Assembly: GCA_963422265.1 (NCBI GenBank)
Contig: OY729416.1
Span: 1,248,001-1,312,000 of the forward strand
DNA from: Thermodesulfobacteriota bacterium
GTDB lineage: Bacteria; Desulfobacterota_D; UBA1144; Nemesobacterales; UBA2774
Direction: 5' to 3'
Length of the DNA: 64,000 bases
Positions 31,845-43,513 of the stretch are shown piece by piece. Within the stretch, counting starts at the first letter, position 1. Every line of letters starts with the position of its first letter. The notes below the pieces were generated by a model, which was not told where the DNA came from, ran no database searches, and worked only from the letters and a program-made list of their open reading frames with translations. The translations under genes were made by a program, and so were the position numbers.

Positions 31845-32114
31845 TCACGGCTTGCCTTTCACCAAACTATATATAAAAAGTAATACGACAGAGCCTACTA
31901 AAGCAAATATGAAACTTCTGAAATCAAAGCCCATTTGTATTGCTTGACCAACAGCTAGAATCTTTGAAATTTGACCACCTACAATGGCACCAACTATGCC
32001 AATTAAAATTATTCCTACGAATCCCTCTGAATACTTACCATCAATTAGTAACTTCGCTACCGCCCCAGCCACAAACCCAACAATCAACCAAGATATAAGT
32101 GCAATTAGTCCCAT
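31845..32114 (-). CDS. GlsB/YeaQ/YmgE-family membrane protein
   Basis: ISWLIVGFVAGAVAK...ILIGIVGAIVGG...ALVGSVVLLFIY. Confidence 0.9.
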   Translation of the reverse strand: MGLIALISWLIVGFVAGAVAKLLIDGKYSEGFVGIILIGIVGAIVGGQISKILAVGQAIQMGFDFRSFIFALVGSVVLLFIYSLVKGKP

Positions 32115-32323
32115 ATACGACTCCGTAGGAAATTTTAGACTAAACCTTACGAGTATTTAAGCATTGAACGCAAATTTTACAACATACTGATTTAGAAATT
32201 ATGAAGGCCAAGCCCAATGAAATAACGATAATTGTCGTGTTCTTAAATAATCGTGTATTTTATCGAAATATCGCTAACGACTGTTTAACGCTACATCAAG
32301 ACGAATAAAAACTCAAAAAATCA

Positions 32324-35290
32324 ATGATAGGTAAAAGATTGGACAAGGATAATTCATTTGCTAGAAGGCATATAGGACCAAATGAATCTCAACTAATGGA
32401 GATGCTTGAGTCTATTGGCGTAAATTCGCTTGAAGAACTTATTAAAGAGACTATACCCAAATCTATAAAAAAAAGAGAAAATCTCAACCTGCCAAATGGC
32501 GTAAGTGAATACGAGTATTTAGAAGAGCTTAAGGAGATAGCTAAACGAAATCAGCACTTCAAATCTTATATAGGGCTTGGATACTACGATTGTATTACTC
32601 CCAGCGTAATCGAGCGTAATATTTTTCAAAATCCGGGTTGGTACACTCAATACACCCCTTATCAAGCTGAAATATCCCAGGGACGCCTCGAAGCCTTAAT
32701 CAATTTTCAGAGCATGGTAATTGATTTAACCAAGATGGACATAGCGAATGCTTCCTTACTTGACGAGGGAACAGCAGCAGCTGAGTCCATGACAATGCTC
32801 CATAGAATTAGCGGTAAAAAATCGAAAAATGAACGAGCAAAAGTTTTTCTGGTATCTGAAAAATGCTTTCCACAAACCCTAGACGTCTTGCGTAATAGAG
32901 CAGAACCAATTGGAATAGAGATCAAAATAAATAATCACAGAGATCTTGAATTTGGAGGGGGGGTGTTCGGAGCATTAGTTCAGTATCCCAACGCGGACGG
33001 AGAGATTTTTGACTATACGGATTTTATAAGAAGAGCCCATGAAGCAGGCGCTCTTGTTGCAGTTGCAGCGGACTTACTCAGCCTTGCACTTCTGAAACCA
33101 CCTGGGGAGATGGGAGCTGACGTCGTAGTCGGCTCTACTCAAAGATTCGGGGTGCCATTAGGCTACGGAGGACCGCACGCCGCGTATTTTGCAACGCGTG
33201 AGAGGTTCACGAGACAGGTGCCGGGAAGAATTATCGGCGCCTCAGTAGATTCCGAGGGGACAACTGCTTATAGAATGGCGCTTCAAACCCGTGAACAGCA
33301 CATAAGAAGAGAGAAAGCAACATCAAATATATGCACGGCCCAGGCTCTGCTCGCCATAATGGCTAGTATGTACGCAGTCTATCATGGACCTAAGGGGATT
33401 AAATCAATAGCCGAAAGGATTCATAAAACGGCGATTTACCTCGCGTCAGAGCTTGAAAAGCTAGGATACTGTCAGATTAATGAACGCTACTTCGATACCT
33501 TAAAGATAGAACTAGAACCAACACTAGAACCCCTTTGTAATAATAACCGGGGGAATTCAAATCAGAAGCTCAAAGAGCTGGCAGAGAAATCAAAAATAAA
33601 CTTCCGATACATAGATGATAAATACGTAGAGATTTCCATTGATGAAACTACCCAAGCTCAGGATATAGCAAACATAATAGGAATTTTTGAGGTTTTAAGA
33701 GGTTCTATGAAGCGTCAACGAGATACTGTTCTTCAAAGCTCTTATCAACCTGCGCAAGCTATCGAGCAAAGACTTGACGAATTAGATTGTAACCTCCTGA
33801 AAGGGTTTCTCCGCAAGAGCGAATACATGAAGCACCCTGTTTTCAACGAATACCACTCAGAGACAAAAATGTTGCGTTACATAAAAAAGCTCGAAGCCAA
33901 AGACCTTTCATTAACTCATTCAATGATTCCACTCGGATCATGCACTATGAAACTGAACGCTACGACTGAGATGATACCAGTTTCATGGCATGAGTTTTCA
34001 AAACTCCATCCTTTTTCTCCTAAGGAACAGGCGAGTGGTTATGCACAAATATTTAAGGAGCTTGAGAATTACCTATGCGAGATCACGGGTCTTGCTGCGG
34101 CTTCACTACAGCCCAATTCAGGTGCTCAGGGCGAATACGCAGGACTAATGGTAATAAGAGCTTATCAATTGGATAAAGGAGAGTCTAATAGAAACGTAGC
34201 TTTAATCCCTTCATCTGCTCATGGGACTAACCCGGCGAGCGCGGCGATGGCTGGCATGAAAGTCGCCGTAGTTAAGTGCGATAAAGACGGGAACATAGAT
34301 TTAGACGACCTTAGGGAAAAAGCGAAGAAGCATAAGAGGAGTCTTTCTTGTCTTATGATCACCTACCCATCAACGCATGGGGTGTTTGAGGAAAGGATAA
34401 GAGAAATTTGTGATATTATGCATCACAATGGCGGGCAGATATACATGGACGGGGCGAACCTAAACGCCCAGGTAGGACTAACCAGCCCCGCCGCTATAGG
34501 TGCTGATGTATGTCATATAAATCTACATAAGACCTTTAGCATACCGCACGGCGGAGGTGGTCCCGGTATGGGTCCTATCTGCGTCGCGGAACACCTTGCC
34601 GCATATCTACCTAGCCACTCAATCGTTGACGTCGGGACGCCTAAATCCATACCTGCCGTAGCCTCGACTCCATGGGGAAGCCCAAGCATTCTACTCGTCT
34701 CGCACGCCTACGTTAAACTCCTCGGGAGTGAAGGGGTTACAGAAGCCACAAAATACGCAATTCTTAACGCCAATTATTTGAAATCAAGATTGGAGAATTT
34801 TTACAAGGTGCTCTACAAGGGTGGGAACGGAAGGGTGGCTCACGAATTTATACTAGATTTGAGGAGATTTACGAAAGAGGCGGGGATAGGAGTTGAAGAC
34901 ATTGCTAAAAGACTAATGGATTACGGATTTCACGCTCCCACGATTTCTTGGCCAGTCGCTGGGACTATTATGATTGAGCCTACCGAGAGTGAAGCGAAAG
35001 ACGAGCTAGATCGTTTTTGCGAAGCGCTTATCTGTATCTATAAAGAGATTGAAGAGGTAGTTGAAGGCACTGCGGACAGAGAAGACAACGTTCTTAAACG
35101 TGCGCCACACACCGTAAAGGAAACATCCGGGGATGAATGGAACCACGCCTATTCAAGGAAGAAGGCAGCCTATCCCCTAACTTATCTCAAGGAGAATAAG
35201 TTTTGGCCACCCGTTGGTAGAATAGACAACGCACATGGTGATAAAAACCTCGCCTGCTCATGCCCTCCTGTAGAATCATACGAAGATTAG
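32324..35290 (+). CDS. gcvP: Glycine dehydrogenase (decarboxylating), single-chain P protein
   Basis: [57 protein letters not shown]. Confidence 0.98.
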   Translation: MIGKRLDKDNSFARRHIGPNESQLMEMLESIGVNSLEELIKETIPKSIKKRENLNLPNGVSEYEYLEELKEIAKRNQHFKSYIGLGYYDCITPSVIERNIFQNPGWYTQYTPYQAEISQGRLEALINFQSMVIDLTKMDIANASLLDEGTAAAESMTMLHRISGKKSKNERAKVFLVSEKCFPQTLDVLRNRAEPIGIEIKINNHRDLEFGGGVFGALVQYPNADGEIFDYTDFIRRAHEAGALVAVAADLLSLALLKPPGEMGADVVVGSTQRFGVPLGYGGPHAAYFATRERFTRQVPGRIIGASVDSEGTTAYRMALQTREQHIRREKATSNICTAQALLAIMASMYAVYHGPKGIKSIAERIHKTAIYLASELEKLGYCQINERYFDTLKIELEPTLEPLCNNNRGNSNQKLKELAEKSKINFRYIDDKYVEISIDETTQAQDIANIIGIFEVLRGSMKRQRDTVLQSSYQPAQAIEQRLDELDCNLLKGFLRKSEYMKHPVFNEYHSETKMLRYIKKLEAKDLSLTHSMIPLGSCTMKLNATTEMIPVSWHEFSKLHPFSPKEQASGYAQIFKELENYLCEITGLAAASLQPNSGAQGEYAGLMVIRAYQLDKGESNRNVALIPSSAHGTNPASAAMAGMKVAVVKCDKDGNIDLDDLREKAKKHKRSLSCLMITYPSTHGVFEERIREICDIMHHNGGQIYMDGANLNAQVGLTSPAAIGADVCHINLHKTFSIPHGGGGPGMGPICVAEHLAAYLPSHSIVDVGTPKSIPAVASTPWGSPSILLVSHAYVKLLGSEGVTEATKYAILNANYLKSRLENFYKVLYKGGNGRVAHEFILDLRRFTKEAGIGVEDIAKRLMDYGFHAPTISWPVAGTIMIEPTESEAKDELDRFCEALICIYKEIEEVVEGTADREDNVLKRAPHTVKETSGDEWNHAYSRKKAAYPLTYLKENKFWPPVGRIDNAHGDKNLACSCPPVESYED

Positions 35291-35300
35291 CTACTGGAAA

Positions 35301-35402
35301 GCGCGGGATTAGAGGAAGCGACTCGTTCCCCATCCCTCAATGCTGGATTTTGAAACAAGTTCAGATTGACGGGATGAAAAGACTGGATTCCTCTTTCTGC
35401 GC
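35301..35402. repeat. Long imperfect palindrome filling the gap between convergent genes (REP/MITE-like relic or terminator)
   Basis: Nested pairs GCGCGGGA/TTCTGCGC, AGAGGAA/TTCCTCT, CATCCCTCAAT/ATTGACGGGATG, CTGGA/TTCAG around GAAA. Confidence 0.55.
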
Positions 35403-36287
35403 TCACTTAGATTTTATAACCGAATCCATATTGATAAGGGGAACCGTTTCTCCACCTGTGAACTTAGGCAAGGTCCCGTCCCATTTTTCAGCTAGACGAA
35501 GCTGTATTAGCTCCGGATTGCCTTTTAACGCCCTCGCTTCTCTCTTAATTGCGTCCGCCTTAGCCCTAGACGCCACCTCTATCTCATAAGCGGTGGCGTC
35601 AGATGCAAGCTTCTTCTCCTGATACCCGGCTTCGGCTTGCGTAACTCTCCGCGTCTTTTCATTTAGCGCTTGAAGGGCTTCCTGCTCGGCTTTTACCTTT
35701 AATTCAATTGCCTTATTAAACCCTTCCGAGAATTCAAAATCGGTAATAGCGACGTTTGCGATTTTAAGAGCGTTCGGAACGTTTTTATCATGTAAAGTAA
35801 CGCTTATGAAGTTATTTATAGCTTCTTGTATTTGCACCTTTACCTGAGCCCTTTTAGTTACCAACTGCTCAGCCGTGTACTGAGCTGTAACCGCCTTTAC
35901 CGACTCCTGAATAGCAGGTTCAATAACCGTTGTCGCAACGATGCCCCGCTTTCCGATCTTCTGAAATGTTTTAGGCGCCACCAAACCCGTAAGCGAATAC
36001 TGGACCGACACCTGCGTTTCGACCGTTTGCAAATCCTTAGACGCTGCGGTTGATTTAGACGTCGCCTTTGTAAGTCTTATATCTACCTGCTCCACCTTGT
36101 CTAAGAAGGGCTTCTTTAAGTGGAAACCCTCAGACAGAGGATCAAGCTGAACGGCTCCCAGAGTTCTTACGACCCCTACGTGCCCACTCTCGACTACGAC
36201 GAAAGTGCTCGTGCCTAAAACAATCAATGCTACAATTATCACAGGATATAGGAAATTAAAATTCTCTAACTTTGGCCCTCTAGCCAT
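35403..36287 (-). CDS. Prohibitin/SPFH (band 7) family protein
   Basis: N-terminal TM, VVESGHVGVV, AASKDLQTV, AIELKVKAEQEA, EKWDGTLP. Confidence 0.92.
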   Translation of the reverse strand: MARGPKLENFNFLYPVIIVALIVLGTSTFVVVESGHVGVVRTLGAVQLDPLSEGFHLKKPFLDKVEQVDIRLTKATSKSTAASKDLQTVETQVSVQYSLTGLVAPKTFQKIGKRGIVATTVIEPAIQESVKAVTAQYTAEQLVTKRAQVKVQIQEAINNFISVTLHDKNVPNALKIANVAITDFEFSEGFNKAIELKVKAEQEALQALNEKTRRVTQAEAGYQEKKLASDATAYEIEVASRAKADAIKREARALKGNPELIQLRLAEKWDGTLPKFTGGETVPLINMDSVIKSK

Positions 36288-36365
36288 GATAAACCCTCCG
36301 TATTCTCCATTATTTTAGCTCTATGCTAGTATAGCTTATAGTATAAAGAAGTAAATAAACGCGGA

Positions 36366-38123
36366 TCATTCTAAACTCGGCTCAGTATTTACGTCTTTAA
36401 CCCTAAACCTTATCTCTCTATTTCCATTCCACTCATTAAATTCAGGCGTGAATGCTAGGTCTATTTTGTCCGGAAGCCTAATAGTACCCTGAGGCTGCCA
36501 CTGGGCTGGCTCCTTTGCGGCTTCATGGCTTTTTACAAAAGCGTTAAACCAAATAGCTTCATTGAGCTTATCTCCCTGCCTCACCCTGAATCTAAGATGT
36601 TTATCCTTAAAAAAGCGCTGTGAGACAACTTCCACCGACCTAGCCATTAATACGGGCTCTGGGTTTCCTATACCGAATGGAGCGAGCATTTCCAATTCAG
36701 TAACCAGTTCAGCAGTCATACTATTCAGATCAACGTGGCAGTCTATTGCCAACCCAGCCTCAGAATCTCTTTTATAACCACTAATTACGTTGTTAATCCT
36801 CTCTCTTAATTTATCTATATTTTCCATTCTAATCGAAATGCCGGCAGCCAACTCATGCCCCCCGAATTGCTCAAGAAGCTCGCTACATTCCGAGAGAACC
36901 TCATATATATTAATCCCACTGACGCTCCTAGCCGAGCCTTTGCCAACTCCATCAGCTCCTATTGCTACTAAAACAGTCGGCTTATCAAATCTCTCGACGA
37001 TTCTCGAAGCTACGATACCTATTATTCCAGGGTGCCAGTCGGACGAGGCGAGAACAAGCGAGGCCGAATTAGAATACTCTGGATTGGATTCAACTTGAGA
37101 GACTGCTTCACTCAGTATTGACGTCTCCACACTCCGCCTCTTGACGTTATCCTCATTCAACGTTCTCGCGAGCTGCCTAGCATCCTCCAAGTCTTCCGAT
37201 AGCAACATTTTAACGGCTTTCTCAGCGCTGCTTATCCTGCCAGAGGCGTTTATCCTAGGTCCCAACTTAAAACCTAGATCAAATGAGTTGACCTCACCCT
37301 TTATAGCACTTAACTCCTTTAAAGCCCTGACCCCCTTGCGTTTAGGGTCGCGCATTCTTTTAATTCCCTCTTTTACAAAAATTCTGTTCACATTAATAAG
37401 CGGGGCACAGTCGGCTACGGTTCCAAGAGCTACTAGGTCTAGGTAATCAGCAAGATTAGGCTCTTCGTTCTTAAAAAAACCTGAATCTCGTAGGGCTCGT
37501 CTGAGCCCAATCGTAAGATTGAACACCACGCCTACCCCAGTTATCTCCTTACCAGGATACTTACATCCTGAGAGCTGTGGATTTAGGATCGAAACGCCTT
37601 TAGGTAAATCGTCAGGTGGTTTATGATGATCAGTTACGATAAAATCTACCCCTAGCTCTTTAGCCCTTTCGACCTCTTTGACCGCCGTAATCCCGCAATC
37701 TCCAGATATTACGAGCTTAACCCCTTTGCTAGCTAGACCCTCTACGGCGGCAATGTTTACTCCGTAGCCCTCCTTTATCCTATGAGGATTGTAGTAAATA
37801 ACATCCACCCCTAAGTCGCTCAGAAACTTATATAAAAGAGCAGTGGAAGTAATACCGTCAACGTCGTAATCCCCGTAGATCGCAACCTTCTCATCCTTCT
37901 TTATAGCTTCCTTTACCCTATTAATGGCTTTATTCATACCTTCCATTAGATTGGGAGAAGGCAAATTGAAAAGCGTGCTATTTAGAAAAAGGTTAGCCTC
38001 CTCTTCGTTACGTATTCCACGATTTACAAGAACTTGCGCCGTAATGGGAGATATTTTTAAACTTTTTACGAGTTTGTCCCTAAGTTTTGGACTCTCCTGT
38101 CTGAAAGTCCAGTTTGTCTTCAT
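36366..38123 (-). CDS. recJ: Single-stranded-DNA exonuclease RecJ
   Basis: [53 protein letters not shown]. Confidence 0.97.
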   Translation of the reverse strand: MKTNWTFRQESPKLRDKLVKSLKISPITAQVLVNRGIRNEEEANLFLNSTLFNLPSPNLMEGMNKAINRVKEAIKKDEKVAIYGDYDVDGITSTALLYKFLSDLGVDVIYYNPHRIKEGYGVNIAAVEGLASKGVKLVISGDCGITAVKEVERAKELGVDFIVTDHHKPPDDLPKGVSILNPQLSGCKYPGKEITGVGVVFNLTIGLRRALRDSGFFKNEEPNLADYLDLVALGTVADCAPLINVNRIFVKEGIKRMRDPKRKGVRALKELSAIKGEVNSFDLGFKLGPRINASGRISSAEKAVKMLLSEDLEDARQLARTLNEDNVKRRSVETSILSEAVSQVESNPEYSNSASLVLASSDWHPGIIGIVASRIVERFDKPTVLVAIGADGVGKGSARSVSGINIYEVLSECSELLEQFGGHELAAGISIRMENIDKLRERINNVISGYKRDSEAGLAIDCHVDLNSMTAELVTELEMLAPFGIGNPEPVLMARSVEVVSQRFFKDKHLRFRVRQGDKLNEAIWFNAFVKSHEAAKEPAQWQPQGTIRLPDKIDLAFTPEFNEWNGNREIRFRVKDVNTEPSLE

Positions 38124-38569
38124 TTATTCTTAACCGTTGCCCGCAGATGATTCACCAGACCCCTGACGCCGAGAAAATAACTATCAGCCCCAAAACCCGA
38201 TACGACAGCGACGGCAACCCCTGAGACATAAGATTTCCGTCTAAATTCTTCCCTTTTGTGAACGTTTGACATGTGAACTTCCACCACTGGCAGATCCACC
38301 GAAAGAATCGCATCGCGGATAGCGATGCTAGTGTGCGTGTAGGCACCTGGATTTATTACTATCCCGTTGAATTCGTGCATAGCCTCCTGAATACGACTTA
38401 TTATGTCCCCCTCGGAGTTCGACTGAAAAAAAACGACCTTAATCCCCAATTCAACCGCTAGGTTACACAAGTCCGAATTAACGTCTTCAATAGTTCTGTC
38501 GCCGTAGATTTCAGGCTCGCGTTTCCCCAGCATATTCAAGTTCGGCCCGTGTATGACTAGTATATTCAT
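38120..38569 (-). CDS. aroQ: Type II 3-dehydroquinate dehydratase
   Basis: [38 protein letters not shown]. Confidence 0.97.
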   Translation of the reverse strand: MNILVIHGPNLNMLGKREPEIYGDRTIEDVNSDLCNLAVELGIKVVFFQSNSEGDIISRIQEAMHEFNGIVINPGAYTHTSIAIRDAILSVDLPVVEVHMSNVHKREEFRRKSYVSGVAVAVVSGFGADSYFLGVRGLVNHLRATVKNK

Positions 38570-38604
38570 TGTTCAGAACCTAATCTCTCCATATTTGGCT
38601 AAGC

Positions 38605-39309
38605 CTAGTTCTTCAGCGCAACAAAGCCCGCAGCTTGATTAACTAAGCCGATTCTCGCTTGGGCGAGTTTTTTTGTCGCCTCGACATTGTTAGGATCGGT
38701 CTTTAGAATTTGCTCCAAAACCCAAGAAGCCTTTGCGTAAAGACCTTGACTGATATACAACTCAGCCATGATTACGGTCGCAACCTCTTCATTATAAACT
38801 TCAGCTTTGATTGGAAGCCTGTAACCTCCAACGTCTTCTTTGTTAACAGTCCCAAAATTCCTCTCTTTATTTTCTATTTGGTAGAGTATCTCCTTCATCT
38901 CGATAGTTATACCCTCTTCATTCGAATGAAAACCCTTGAGTAATTTGAGAATATCAAGCGATTTATCCAGATCGCCCTCACTTCTATACATCTGAACTAG
39001 CATAGCACCGGCAGCTAAATTATCCGGAGACAGCTTAATTACAGCTTGTAACTCTTCTTTAGCCTGTCTTATCATCCAAAAATCATAATAAATTTTGCCA
39101 AGCAAAAACCTGCCCGTAACGCTTTGTTTATGATACCTTAAACCCTTTATCAATACATCCATCGCCTTGTTCAGCTCATTCTTCCTGTATAGAATCTGAG
39201 CCAAGAATACAAATGCGAGAGACCTATAATCATCACTCAGGAGAGTTCTATACTTTTCCTCAAGTCCGCTAAGAGAGTCTCTCGTCTCCTTCTTACTTCC
39301 CTTATCCAC
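38605..39309 (-). CDS. Tetratricopeptide-repeat protein
   Basis: TPR-like helices (SLAFVFLAQ, FLLGKIY, SPDNLAA, MAELYISQG..DPNN); GTG start after AAGGAGG. Confidence 0.75.
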   Translation of the reverse strand: MDKGSKKETRDSLSGLEEKYRTLLSDDYRSLAFVFLAQILYRKNELNKAMDVLIKGLRYHKQSVTGRFLLGKIYYDFWMIRQAKEELQAVIKLSPDNLAAGAMLVQMYRSEGDLDKSLDILKLLKGFHSNEEGITIEMKEILYQIENKERNFGTVNKEDVGGYRLPIKAEVYNEEVATVIMAELYISQGLYAKASWVLEQILKTDPNNVEATKKLAQARIGLVNQAAGFVALKN

Positions 39310-39317
39310 TCATCCTC

Positions 39318-39458
39318 CTTATCCATTCTTCACCGTAAAGGGATAGATTGCCCTACCATGTCCGAAGTGACAAAGAGGAGTACTTTCTCATTGCCCAACC
39401 AAACTACCGACGTGATCGGGAATGACTCCCATTCTACCACCGTGAACACTTGGATAAG
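39318..39458 (-). ncRNA. Candidate 141-nt rod-shaped RNA (6S-like architecture or cis-regulatory leader)
   Basis: End-to-end pairing CTTATCCA/TGGATAAG, TTCAC/GTGAA, GTGG/TTAC, central bubble, GTTTGG/TCGGAC, GGCAA/TTGTC, GAG/CTC; many G-U pairs on minus strand. Confidence 0.45.
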
Positions 39459-39522
39459 ATGATATTACTTTATAACAGATTTAGTAATCAAGAAAGGTGT
39501 TTCAATAAAAGTATATAAAGGC

Positions 39523-41124
39523 TTAAAGCCTCTTTTTAATCGTGCTAAAAAGAAAGGCCAATTCCTCTATATTCAACATTTTCGCCAGACCTAGATAAAC
39601 AGTTATTGAAGCCACCGTTGACGCAAGCAAGAGCAGGAGCTTGTCAAAAGTAAATTCTGACTCGGTCCAGTCCCCAAAGCTCGAGATTTGCCATGCTATA
39701 GCCGCCGTAACAATTGACAAGGGAACAACCTTTAAGCAAAAGACCAATACCGATTTTGATTCCACACTTCTACCACTAGTAATTACTCCCGGCGCGTCCT
39801 TAGACTCTATACGCCTTCTGAGCAAGTAAAATAGCATTAAGAAATTGAAAATAGAAGAGACTGAGCTAGCTATCGCTAAACCCGTATGATTCAACCCAAG
39901 CGTAAAGCCAAGTATGAATCCTAATAACGCATTGGCTACAAACGCAAAGAACGCTATTAAAACAGGCGTCTTGGTATCCTGCATAGCGTAAAAAGCTGGA
40001 GCCGTAATTCTTATAGCTCCGACTGCCCAAAGTCCCACAGCATATCCCAAGAGAGCTTGTGAAGTAAGGAGTGTAGCCTCATACGTGAACTCTCCCCTTT
40101 GATAAAGAAGGTTACATATAGGTATTCTGAGAGCTATAAGACCCGCCAGAGCTGGCAGTAATATAAAAAGCATCATCTTTAGCATAGATGAATATGTTTC
40201 TCTAAACTTATCAAATTCGTTCCTACTCGCATAAGTTGCAAGATTCGGCAGCAAAACAACCGCTATAGAGACTGCTATTATGCCTAAGGGAAACTCTATC
40301 AACCTTTCTGAAAAATAGAGATAAGAAATAGTTCCATCTTTCATAAAAGACGCATATTGAGAACTGACTATCAAATTCAAATTATAAACAGCGACTCCAA
40401 AAAGCTGGGGCATCATTAGCAAGCCTATCTTTTTTGCAGCCGGATGTTGGAAGTTTGCATTGAATCTGAAGAGAAACCGCCTCTTGCTGAGAAATGGAAA
40501 CTGAAAAGCAAGTTGTATAACCCCGCCGATCATTACCCCCACCGCCGCCGAGTATATAGGAAGACCCAAGCCATCGTGCAATAGAAAGATTGCAGCGATA
40601 ATACACACGTTAAAAAGCACGGGCGAAAAAGCGGGAGCGAAGAATCGACGTAAGGAATTAAGGACACCCATGGATAGAGCCGTAAGCGATATGAAAAAGA
40701 TGTAAGGAAACATTAGGCGCATTAGGGAGGCGGAAAGGTTAAAAGTTTGCTCATCAAAACCGGAGGCGAACAACTTCACAACGTAGGGAGAGAAAATTAT
40801 CCCTAGCACAGAGACTAGGATTAGTATGATGGACAACAAGGTGAAAATTACGTCAGCGATTTCTTTCGCCTCTTTTTCACCTTGTTTCTCCAGACTCTCC
40901 GTGAATATGGGAATAAACGAGATAGTTAGTGAACCCTCGGCGAAAAGTCTTCTAAGAATATTAGGCACCCTAAAAGCTACCCAAAAGGCGTCGGTTACCG
41001 CCGTTGCACCAAAGAAATAAGCCACTGTCATATCTCGCAGGTAGCCTGTGATACGACTTAGAAAGGTAGCCGAACCTACCGTGACCGCTGAACGCGCCAT
41101 CTCTTCTCTCTTCATCATTATCAC
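39523..41124 (-). CDS. murJ: Lipid II flippase MurJ
   Basis: SRITGYLRD, DAFWVAFRVPNILRRLFAEG, ERLIEFPLG, FYAMQDTKTP. Confidence 0.96.
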   Translation of the reverse strand: MIMMKREEMARSAVTVGSATFLSRITGYLRDMTVAYFFGATAVTDAFWVAFRVPNILRRLFAEGSLTISFIPIFTESLEKQGEKEAKEIADVIFTLLSIILILVSVLGIIFSPYVVKLFASGFDEQTFNLSASLMRLMFPYIFFISLTALSMGVLNSLRRFFAPAFSPVLFNVCIIAAIFLLHDGLGLPIYSAAVGVMIGGVIQLAFQFPFLSKRRFLFRFNANFQHPAAKKIGLLMMPQLFGVAVYNLNLIVSSQYASFMKDGTISYLYFSERLIEFPLGIIAVSIAVVLLPNLATYASRNEFDKFRETYSSMLKMMLFILLPALAGLIALRIPICNLLYQRGEFTYEATLLTSQALLGYAVGLWAVGAIRITAPAFYAMQDTKTPVLIAFFAFVANALLGFILGFTLGLNHTGLAIASSVSSIFNFLMLFYLLRRRIESKDAPGVITSGRSVESKSVLVFCLKVVPLSIVTAAIAWQISSFGDWTESEFTFDKLLLLLASTVASITVYLGLAKMLNIEELAFLFSTIKKRL

Positions 41125-41180
41125 TTCAATAACGTATCTGTCGTTTATAACTCCAAAATCTCATAACCTAGCTAAAATTC

Positions 41181-41420
41181 TTATCCGCTAATACTATTAC
41201 CCGGATCAGCCGACTCAACCTCCTCAAACTCTATCTCGGATTTAAGCCTGCTTAATATAGCCCTCGTATCGTCAATCAAGTCTTCAGTCGTCGTAAGCTT
41301 AATTATTCCCAACTCCACGTTCTCAGTTCTTATCCATGCTACATGAGAATAAGTTCCCCAGATAGACTGTAAATATACAGTTTCGCATTTATTTTTAAGC
41401 TTTACGTATATAGATGGCAT
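41181..41420 (-). CDS. DUF4911-like small protein
   Basis: 79 aa; VYLQSIWGTYSHVAWIRT pattern. Confidence 0.6.
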   Translation of the reverse strand: MPSIYVKLKNKCETVYLQSIWGTYSHVAWIRTENVELGIIKLTTTEDLIDDTRAILSRLKSEIEFEEVESADPGNSISG

Positions 41421-41635
41421 AATCCTACAAATAGCTTTTAGGGTGAGAGCGGAAAAACTTGTTAATAGCGTTAGATTTTTACCGTTTCAAACCCTATTTC
41501 CAATGAGCATCTACCAAAATACTGAAAGAAAACAGTGCGCTAAACTCCTTGAGGAGTTTCCGTGACAGCAGGAATCCAGAAGTAACTGAGTAACAAATAA
41601 GGCATCGCAACTGAGTTTCATCAGGGAAGAGTTAA

Positions 41636-41665
41636 TTGACAATAAACCAACAACCTGATTAATAT
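41636..41665 (+). promoter_or_regulatory. Promoter for probably leaderless MerR-like gene
   Basis: TTGACA-N18-TAATAT, 6 nt before ATG 41672, no SD. Confidence 0.55.
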
Positions 41666-41671
41666 TCTGCT

Positions 41672-42379
41672 ATGACTTATATAACCCTTGAGGAAGTTAT
41701 CAACGAAGCCAGCAAAAGAAAAATAGACTTGGGACGTTATCCAGAGAAAACAATCAGGGCTTGCGCACGATTAGGTCTCATACCTAAACCCACGAAGAAA
41801 AGAATCAAGGAAGGCAAAACGATCCTACTGTTTTCTGAAAAGACTATAGACAAGCTAGCATACGTAAAGGCACTTAAATCAGAAGGGCTTAGTATGGAAG
41901 AAATCCGAGACAGCTTTGCCCTTGAATACGTGCAAGGCGCGCTTAAGGACCTGCTTAACAATGCTGAAGGTAAAAAAGTAAAAGATATTGCAAGCATGAT
42001 AAGCAAGGATAAGGAGCTTGAATCTATCGTAGAAGCGCCACTTGTCTATTTAATTGAGGGAATGTCGCAGGATGAAGCGAAGAAGTTGCTCACGCTTTTT
42101 TGTGGCGTGGGATTTTACGCCTTGCTGGAAACGCAGAAGAATTTAGAGGAGTTCAAGCTTAACGACGCAAGGAAATCCCTTTTCAAGGCAATTTTTTATA
42201 ACTCCATAGCTGTGCTGAGACTGGCACGAACCACTGGAGACGCAAACCTTGAAGCTACCGCATCCGAAATATATGAGAAAGCCGTAACTACGCCAATAGG
42301 AAAAGCTAGTAAGCGTGTGCGCACGGAATTCATAAAATCATTTGAGAGATACCTAAAGGAAAAAGGATTGGACACCTAG
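41672..42379 (+). CDS. MerR-like HTH protein with unrecognised helical C-terminal domain
   Basis: EKTIRACARLGLIPKP...FSEKTIDKLAYVKALKSEGLSMEEIR. Confidence 0.65.
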   Translation: MTYITLEEVINEASKRKIDLGRYPEKTIRACARLGLIPKPTKKRIKEGKTILLFSEKTIDKLAYVKALKSEGLSMEEIRDSFALEYVQGALKDLLNNAEGKKVKDIASMISKDKELESIVEAPLVYLIEGMSQDEAKKLLTLFCGVGFYALLETQKNLEEFKLNDARKSLFKAIFYNSIAVLRLARTTGDANLEATASEIYEKAVTTPIGKASKRVRTEFIKSFERYLKEKGLDT

Positions 42380-42586
42380 CCTTTTAGCTTTACTCTAACT
42401 TAGCGAATAGAATGCATTCTCATACAATTTCCATAGAAAAAGCAACTCTGGTAATTACGCCGATACGGAATCATACTTGAATGCTAAATCCCATATACAA
42501 ATCAAAAATTATCTGTTATAATGGCAAGGTTGTAGGTAACAACCAGTCATAATATATGCCTAAATGACTTATTGGAGGACAATCAC

Positions 42587-43471
42587 GTGATAAAAAAACC
42601 TCGCATAAAATCTTTACTACTATTAGCAGCGCTCATAACCGTATCATACGCTTCATCAGGCATTTCAGTAGGCTGTGACGATACGAAAAAGGTCAAAGAG
42701 AACACAATCGTATTACAAGGCAAGGTTACACGACATAACGGAGAGGCAGCATCAGATATAAAAGTCTCCATTCTAAGATTGGGGAAGGAACTCGACTCGA
42801 AGAGTACGGACAAGGATGGACGGTTTAAGTTTGATTCACTTCCCATACCAAATGAAGGGACACAAATATTCTTAGAGTTCACATTATCTGAATCTGATAA
42901 CATCACAAAAAGTAGGCCTATATGGGCTACGGGAGGCAGCAAAGTAACGTATAATGTAAGTATAAACCAGGATTCTAACGATATTAGTCTCACAAGGTGG
43001 TTAGTGCGTCAGAGAGCTATAGATTTGAATAATCGAGACCAATTCTCCTTTGAGGGAACAGAAGCAACCTTTACAATAAATGCAGATAATGAAGACTGTA
43101 TAAAAGTGAAGGATAACAGCCTCGTTAAGATAGCTTCTAGTGAAGTTACCCTAAGTGGTTGCGTAAACGGAATAGTAGCCAACGGTTCCGCATCAGTTAT
43201 AATCGAGGCTGATAAAGATATAGAAGTTACTGCTGAGGAGAAGAATGGAATTGATACTGACGACAACGCCACGGTAAAACTCACAAAAACTGAAACCTCT
43301 ACAAAAAACAACATTTTTTCCATTACCTCAGACAACGGAGACAGCATAAATGCCAAAGGATCATCTGCAGTGACAATAGATCCTGGGACTACTGGTAGTT
43401 GCAAAATTACTGGAGAGGTCAATTCTGATAATGAGGCTACTATTAACAGAGAGTGCCCAGATGACAGCTAA
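42587..43471 (+). CDS. Putative lipoprotein: carboxypeptidase-regulatory-like domain plus beta-solenoid-like C-terminus
   Basis: GTG after GGAGG; SVGC lipobox-like; QGKVT..NGE...TDKDGRFKF; repeated GI.A.G.A.V.I units. Confidence 0.6.
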   Translation: MIKKPRIKSLLLLAALITVSYASSGISVGCDDTKKVKENTIVLQGKVTRHNGEAASDIKVSILRLGKELDSKSTDKDGRFKFDSLPIPNEGTQIFLEFTLSESDNITKSRPIWATGGSKVTYNVSINQDSNDISLTRWLVRQRAIDLNNRDQFSFEGTEATFTINADNEDCIKVKDNSLVKIASSEVTLSGCVNGIVANGSASVIIEADKDIEVTAEEKNGIDTDDNATVKLTKTETSTKNNIFSITSDNGDSINAKGSSAVTIDPGTTGSCKITGEVNSDNEATINRECPDDS

Positions 43472-43513
43472 AACGACTCATAAAGTCGCGCGCCTCTTTT
43501 GTTCTAACAATAG

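Noticed and set aside
35260-35589. 109-aa ORF, or SRP RNA, in the gcvP 3' gap
   Set aside because: ORF overlaps both neighbours and reads through a palindrome; the hairpin lacks the SRP CAGG/GGAA/AGCAG motif.
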